Source of the DNA: Octopus bimaculoides
Lineage: Eukaryota
Length of the DNA stretch: 64,000 bases
Direction of reading: 5' to 3'
NCBI RefSeq assembly: GCF_001194135.2
Contig: NC_068983.1
Coordinates: 61,051,090 to 61,115,089 of the forward strand
Shown: piece after piece, positions 49,251-64,000 of the stretch
Position numbering within the stretch: position 1 is the stretch's first letter
Layout: every line of letters starts with the position of its first letter
The notes under the pieces: model-generated
The model's input: the letters and a program-made list of their open reading frames with translations, nothing else
Told to the model about the DNA's origin: nothing
Database searches by the model: none
Program-made: the position numbers and the translations under genes

Positions 49251-50195
49251 GATCAAATATTTTTAGTAAAGCTATCGTCTATGTTACATCAGCAATCAGA
49301 GACACTCAGTCTGTCTTTTAGAACATCTCACAGCCATATTAGATCAAACTTTGAATAAAAAACAAGGTATTTTATTACATATTATTGAATAGTAATAATT
49401 ATATTTGATTAAGAAATTGATAATGTAAGTGATAATTTTTTATCAGTTTGCAGAGTATGAGTGACATATGCAGTAATCCATCAACTATTGCAGGTGTTAC
49501 CTTCCAAAACCCCCTACAATAGGTGAAAATCCACAAAATAGAAGCAGTATATATTTTTTAAAATTTTTATAAGTTGTATATATTTATTTTATTATAAATG
49601 CAAAACAACACCGCAGAGGAATTGACGTAAGCTTAAATGATAAACTGTGATATGGTGAGAGATTACTGTAAATGACAATATCACTTTTCTTCCTTCTTTC
49701 TAACATTGCAGTGCCTATAAAATGTTTAAACTTTTTAGCCATTATAGTTTTAAATATACTGGATAGTCAAGCTTCTGTGTTGAAAAAAGTTCTGTCATAG
49801 ACTTTTGTATAAGACAAACATCTTTATAGATTTATGAACTTAAAATAGTTAAATTAGGTAAATTTGGAAATGTTTACAGAACTATGTTCACGGAAGATAA
49901 ATCTGAAACTTTTTTTTTATGGTGGTGGACCTTTAGTTAATCATTAAAGTTTTTAAGAATTCTTCTTTATTTGATAACTTTAATCCTGATAATAAAATTT
50001 TCCTAACCTCTCAAAAAAACAACAAAAAAAAATATATGTACATTGTGTAAGTGTACGTAAATGTACACAAATACTCGAGAGAATAATGGATTGTATGCTA
50101 CCATCGGAGATGGAAGTGAGCAGGACGATACACAAGTGATAATCCTATTCTTCCTTCTATTTCGTTAGGTGACAAGAATATGCTGGGTGAATAAC

Positions 50196-57837
<7,642 letters not shown>

Positions 57838-58259
57838 TCAGTTGACAAGACACCTCATTATAAGACAAAACCATCCATCTAACAGTTCACTGTTATTGAA
57901 AAATTAGATGAAAACTGATTCTTGCTTATTCTCTATTTGGATTTTGCTTGCTGAGAATGTAACTGACTCTTCTGATAAATACAATATATATTAATTTATA
58001 ATTAAACTGAAATGAACTAGATAAATTAAAAAAGAATACTTATATATATATTTTAATGCTTATGGTATACATCAAAAGTAACTTTTAATTTATGCTGGAG
58101 ATAAGCAATGAAAACTGATATAAAATCTTACAGTCTATTGTCAATATATTTTTTTGAATCTTGTTAAACTTCAATAATAACCTCCAAAGACAGAATGTTC
58201 ATGTTCTCATATTTGTGTCATTTGCTGTAGTAAAGTGATCCTGGGAGGTTTATCAAGAC

Positions 58260-59700
58260 CTCATCTCTAGAAAGGTTTGTTTCCAAACTACAAGGTGCTA
58301 ATGATTCCATCCTTGTTGTTCGAACTCACCTCTCTATAAATATCATTTTCTGAAGTTTCACAAGTAAATTGAGGAAATATATTTTGCATGAAAAATACCG
58401 GGACATTTGCTTGATCCTTGATTGCTTGGAGCAAATATTTTGTTTTATTTATTGCTATGACTGCTGCCTATCTAGACACAATACTGGCATCAATTACAAA
58501 ATAAAGACATATCAAGACCACTGCAGTTTGCAATTAAAACTCAATTGAAAAATAGATTGAAAGTTATCTTCTCCCATCCTACAAGAAAAGTAATTTAGGA
58601 ATAACTAAAAAGTATAGAGGAATTACTCTTATAGCAATAACACCAAAAATTTGCAACAAATTGTTTCTGGACCATATACAACCAGGATTCGGGAAAAGTC
58701 TTATGAAGAAACCAAAGTAGGGTCAAGAAAAATTGGTCTACTTTTGGACAGATCTTAACTATTTGAGGGAGATGGGATTAAAAATCTACAGGTGGTCTTA
58801 CTATTTGTAGACTTTTTAAAACCTTTCACCTGTATCCACCAAGTTAAAATGGAAAAAATTCTTCTTACATGCTGTATGTCTCAACAAGTTGTAGCAGTTG
58901 TGATGATGCTCTACAAGAACATAATTAAGTATTATTGCCTATGGAGACAAGAATTTATTCAACATAAATGCATTACCTTGCAAGGTATCCTGTTGGCAAC
59001 ATTCCTATTTACTATCTACTTGGACTAAGTCCTTTGCACTTCAAATAACAAAATTAAAGAAACCAGTTTCGCTCTTAGAAAATTCACCTCTCTTTATCAT
59101 CTATCCATAACAATAACACACTCAGATTATAGTGATGATATCACTCTCTTTGCAGACTTCATCTCAGAAGCTACCCAACTTCCACATAATCTTTTAAAAG
59201 CAGCAGAATATATTGATTTATATATCAATGCTTTGAAGATTGAATACATCTGCTATAATTAGGAATCCACAATAAACACAAAAAAATTCTATAAAATCTA
59301 GATTTTTTTTCATACATTTTGGAAGCAACTTGGCATCATCAGAAAAAGATAAAACTTGTTTCATGAAGCATGGGCTGTTCTTTTGATGATCTATGTCATC
59401 TGAAAGTTGTTGCTTTCTGGTGGTCTTAAGAGAAGCTTCTATGTCAAAGTGGAATCTGTTATTTTACAAGCCCACTGCTTGAACACTCCCCAAACACCTG
59501 AAAGCAAGGCTTGATGGCATCTATACCCAAATCAAGTTACCAGCCATTCTGAATGTCTCCTGGAACAAAATCTGACTAAACAAAGACTCTCTTTCTCTCT
59601 CATGCACACATATATGCTTATAGACAAAATCTTGAAGTTCCAATCAACTAGATCCTCACTATAAATTTGACTCTGCTCTCAGCAGAAAGCCATCCCATCA
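58260..59700 (+). mobile_element. Degenerate LINE reverse transcriptase (second RTE-like family)
   Basis: Broken frames read LGITKKYRGITLIAIT.KI, VLLFVDFLKPFTCIHQVKMEKILL..VAVVMMLYKN, LQGILLATFLF and a YSDDITL-like segment. Confidence 0.7.
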
Positions 59701-61094
59701 ATAAATGTTCTGTTATGATTCTTAAACTCTAAAATAAAAACTGTATTTTAACATAAATACAACAGGCATACAAACAGTTTCTGTCTACCAATTCCACTCA
59801 CAAGGCAGTGATCGCCCAAGACGCCACACAGTGGGACTGAACCCATTACTTGCTCCTATGATGGTTTTTCTATGTCAGCATAAGTCTTTAGTATAGCCTA
59901 TCACCATACAACCTAATTCTGAATCATATTAGTGTGTGAGCTAATATGAAATTTGACTTTCAGACTTCTCATGTTTTGTTTGGCCTTTATTATGAGTACA
60001 TCTTCCACAATCAGAACACGATGCCTTTTCACAGAATACTCATTGTCAGTTCACATCACATTCCCATAACAGCTCAGTTGTTTCTCTGATATACATTAGT
60101 TGATACCTTTAATGTCCAGTCACAATCTTCACTTCATTTATATTCCTGTAAATAATAAAATTGCAAGTAAAGTTAGAGAAGAGGAAAAAAGACTTGCTCA
60201 ATAATACAATGGCATGTGGAAACCAGTTATTCCTCAACGAATTACAAATTGTACAAATAGCGAATGGTAATTATTATCTATGTAAATTCTTCACAGCAAA
60301 TGAGCTGCTCTGAAAATAAGTTCACTTTGTTAAGTTGTACCACTTTCTCAAAGGCTTCAGTAAACACATTTTATTAATTTCATTTTTACTTTATTTATTT
60401 ATTCTGTATATGCAGTAATATTTGAGAATATCCATAGAAACCATGATTAATGTGTCATGTTATAGTGTGCTGTGATATAAACACTACACTAACCATAGCA
60501 AGCTGATCAAAGTGCCATAATGAAAAAAATGTAGCCAAGGTAATTTCAAATTACATATGTTACCATATATATTTCGTATGTGTATTTGGTGTGCAAGATT
60601 CTTGATGTGGATTCGTGTGTTGAAAGAAATATGATTAAACCTTGGGAGAGGCATTATGCCGGTAATAAACACACGCACTGGTTCAGCCATTTATTAATTG
60701 ATAAACAGTATTTAGTTTGTTTTTTTGTTTTTTTTAAATCATTTCATTGCACTCTTGCAATCTCTTCAGTAACTTGTCTCTCCACTTCCATTTATTTTGA
60801 ATGTATGATTTAGCGTTGTTTTGAAATTGTTTGTTATGAGCATGTGAGTGTGTGCATGCTCATATGTGTGCACGTTCGTATGTGTGCACGCACGTATGTG
60901 TTCGTGCTTATATGTGTGTTTGTTGAATTTCATTCATATCAGATAAGATAGAGACTTTGGACTTGGTTTTCTTTCTGTTATTTTCCGTTTTCTTCGTAAA
61001 TGCATCTTTTTTACGTTTATGTTCTGTATTTTATGTGTGAACATCTGCAACCATGGGTAATTGTAAGGCTTTTATCTATGTGTACTTGCTATTC

Positions 61095-62695
61095 AAAATT
61101 TGCTCTATCTGTAGAAAAGGTGTAAGTAGAATCTCCATAAGACGTACCCAGTGTAAGCTATGGACACATAAGAGGAGTAGCAATAACAGAGGAATATTAA
61201 CAGAGAAAATAGTTTTTGTGTGTGGAAGTGCACAGGTGCATTTCACATTAAAAATGTCCAGAAAATAGATTCCATCACATGCCAGAGGGAAAAATTAGAA
61301 GTAGTTGATAGCTTACGTTACCTAGGTGACCAAGTCAGTAGCGCAGTAGATGCTCCGAGAGCATAGCTGCTACAATACGAATAAGCTGGGCAAAGTTTAG
61401 AGAGCTACTACCTCTGCTGGTAACAAAGGGTCTTTCACTTAGAGTGAAAGGTAGGTTGTATGTTGCCTGTGTGTGAACAGCCATGCTACATAGCAGTAAA
61501 ACATAGGCTATGACTGCTGAGGACATGTCTAGGCTTGCAAGAAATGAAGCTAGTATGCCTCGCTGGATGTGTAATGTCAGTGTGCATGCATGACAGAGTG
61601 TAAGCATCCTGAAAGAAAAGTTGGGCATAAGAAGCATTAGATGTGATGTGTAAGAGAGGTGATTGTGCTAGTATGGTCATGTGATGCGTTTGGACGAGGA
61701 CAGCTGTGTGAAGAAGTGTTGCACTCTAATGGCAGAGGGTACCTGTGGAAGAGGTAGTCCCAAGAAGACATGGAACAAGGTGGTGAAGCACAATCTTTGA
61801 ATGTTGGGCCTCACAGAGGCAATGACAAGCGACCAAGACCTTTAGCAATATGCTGTGCTTGAGAAGACCCATCAAGCCAAGTGAGTTCATAGTTGTGGCC
61901 GATGCCAGTGTTGTGTAATTGGCCTGTTAAAAGCACCCTTCAAACGTTGGACAATATGCTGTGCTTGTAAAGACCTGTTTAGTCAAGTGAAATCATAGTT
62001 GTGGCCAATGCCAGTGCTATCTGACTGGCACCTATGCCAGTAGTACATAAAAAGCACCATTCAAGCATTGAGCCTCATGGAGGCAGCGACAGGTGACCGA
62101 CACCTTTGGCAATATACCATGCTTGTGTAGACCAGTCAAGCCAAGTGAGACTAATTGTGACTGATGCCAGTGTCAGGTCAATGGTACCTGTGCTGGTGGC
62201 ATGTAAAAAACACCCACTACACTCGCAGAGTAGTTGGTGTTAAGAAGGGCATCCAGCTGTAGGAACCTGGCCAAATCAGATTGGAACCTGGTGCAGCTCC
62301 CCAGTTTACCAGCATGGAAAATGGACATTCTCAGTCTCTCTCTCTGTCAGGTAACCATGTATCACCTCTACAGCAAGACCTGTTTCTGTCCCTCCATCAC
62401 ACTCTAACCTTTCATCATGACACTAGATCACCTCCTCCAATCATCCAGTCCAACTGTAAAGTGGTTGGCATTTGGAAAGACATCCAACTGTAAAAACCCT
62501 GCCAAACTGACCACATAAAAAGCACTCAGTCCACTCTGTGGGGTGGTTGGTGTTAGGAAGGGCATTCAGCCATAAAAACCATGCCAAAACAGAAACAGAA
62601 GTCTGGTTCAATCTTCTGCCTGGCCAGCTTGTCAAATTGTCCAACCCATATCAGCATGGAAAGCAGACATTAAATAATGATGATGATAATGATGT
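61095..62695 (+). mobile_element. RTE LINE 3' end with repeat-containing 3' UTR and (GAT)n tail
   Basis: CRKGVSRISIRRTQCKLWTHKRSS, LEVVDSLRYLG, ATIRISWAKFRELLPLL and GRGSPKKTWNKVV, followed by a 3' UTR with three diverged units and two tail copies ending attaaataatgatgatgat. Confidence 0.88.
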
Positions 62696-62700
62696 TCAAA

Positions 62701-62731
<31 letters not shown>

Positions 62732-63165
62732 TGCATATAGGTAATACTTAACTTACAACGTGGAAGATGTACAGAATGTTCTCATTGAATATGTTAGGTT
62801 GCATTGTGTCCCATGTTATAGAAATAAGAGAAAATGCAAAGATAGATGAATGGATGGATGCCAACATCAGAACATAAGGATTAATTAACCTTTGTCAAAC
62901 ATGAAATCTTAGTATTATATTCTATCAGAGAAGCCTGGCATTGCTCAGTAATAAAATGGCATAGCTTTTTATTCTTTTACTTGTNNNNNNNNNNNNNNNN
63001 NNNNNNNNNNNNNNNNNNNNNNNNNNNNNNNNNNNNNNNNNNNNNNNNNNNNNNNNNNNNNNNNNNNNNNNNNNNNNNNNNNNNNNNNNNNNNNNNNNNN
63101 NNNNNNNNNNNNNNNNNNNNNNNNNNNNNNNNNNNNNNNNNNNNNNNNNNNNNNNNNNNNNNNNA

Positions 63166-63296
63166 CAGGGAAAGAGAAAGAAAGAAAGGATGGAAGGAAG
63201 AGAGGAGGGAGAGAGAGAAAGAAAGAGAGAGAGAGGGAGAAAGAAAGAAAGAAAAAGAGGAGAGGGAAGGAGGAAGAAAGAAAGAAAGAAAGAATA
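63166..63296. repeat. (GA)/(GAAA) polypurine microsatellite next to an N gap
   Basis: Pure purine tract. Confidence 0.9.
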
Positions 63297-63317
63297 AATC
63301 CTCTAGGCAATAAAATG

Positions 63318-63959
63318 TTATTGCCTGGAGGATTATGATAAATAGGAGGGGACTGAGGACTGAACCTTGGTGGACCCCTACCTCTACTCGGAATTCCTCA
63401 CTGTACTTGTTGCCAGTCCTCACCTTACTGACAGCGTCCCTGTATATGGCTCGCACAGCTCTCACTAACCATTCATCTATCCCTAGTTTCCTCATTGCCC
63501 ACCAGATAAGGGATCGGGGGACCCTGTTGAAGGCTTTCTCCATGTCAACGAAAGCCAGGTACAGAGGTTTATCTTTGGCTAGGTATTTCTCCTGCAGCTG
63601 TCTTACCAGAAATATAGCATCAGTGGTGCTTTTCCCTGGCATGAATCCAAACTGCATCTCATCTAAGCTGACTCTCTCTCTAATTAGTTGGGCTATGACC
63701 CTCTCTGTGACCTTCATTACCTGGTCCAACAACTTGATACCTCTGTAATTGTTTGTGTCTAAAGTATAACCTTTACCTTTGTAGCAATTGACTATGGTAC
63801 TGCTACACCAGTCATTGGGTATAACTCCTTTGTGTATCACCTGATTAACTATACGGGTGACTAGGCTACAGCCGACACCGACAGATATTTTGAGCATCTC
63901 TGCAGTGATTCCTGATAGGCCGAGGGCTTTCTCTGTCTTCATACTCTTAATCGCTTTAT

Positions 63960-63960
<1 letters not shown>
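63318..63960 (-). mobile_element. RTE LINE reverse transcriptase fragment (open frame, truncated at both ends)
   Basis: KALGLSGITAEMLK...IPNDWCSSTIVNCYKGKG...NYRGIKLL...QFGFMPGKSTTDAIF...AFVDMEKAFNRVPR...GVHQGSVLSPLLFII; no stops over ~210 aa. Confidence 0.95.

Positions 63961-64000
<40 letters not shown>

Noticed and set aside
49620-49632. TGACGTAA (CRE-like) and gtaagc donor upstream of ATG5
   Set aside because: A single short motif expected by chance; the ATG5 non-coding first exon cannot be placed without transcripts.
63335-63748. 137-aa plus-strand ORF
   Set aside because: Antisense shadow of the RTE reverse transcriptase.

Overview
AT-rich, microsatellite-dense eukaryotic scaffold with ten N-gaps. 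The SINE families and repeat landscape suggest an octopod cephalopod (inference). Three intact + strand protein-coding genes were reconstructed by hand: (1) a single-exon acid ceramidase (ASAH1-like, 19454-20620); (2) a 5-exon NFKBIL1/IkBL homolog (31251-41656, 359 aa); (3) a 7-coding-exon ATG5 (50196-57837, 268 aa). The rest is mostly mobile DNA: a Penelope-like GIY-YIG fragment, mariner and Tc1 remnants with derived MITEs, a Ty3/Gypsy gag remnant, a Helitron Pif1 fragment, RTE and CR1/Jockey-type LINE fragments, at least three tRNA-derived SINE families, and piggyBac- and hAT-type MITEs. The most notable observations are two minimal hammerhead-ribozyme motifs in a dispersed repeat co-oriented with the Penelope fragment, the intronless (retrogene-like) acid ceramidase, a ~140-bp-arm zero-spacer palindrome just upstream of the last NFKBIL1 exon, and several other fold-back structures. 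No CRISPR array, rRNA or bona fide tRNA gene was found.
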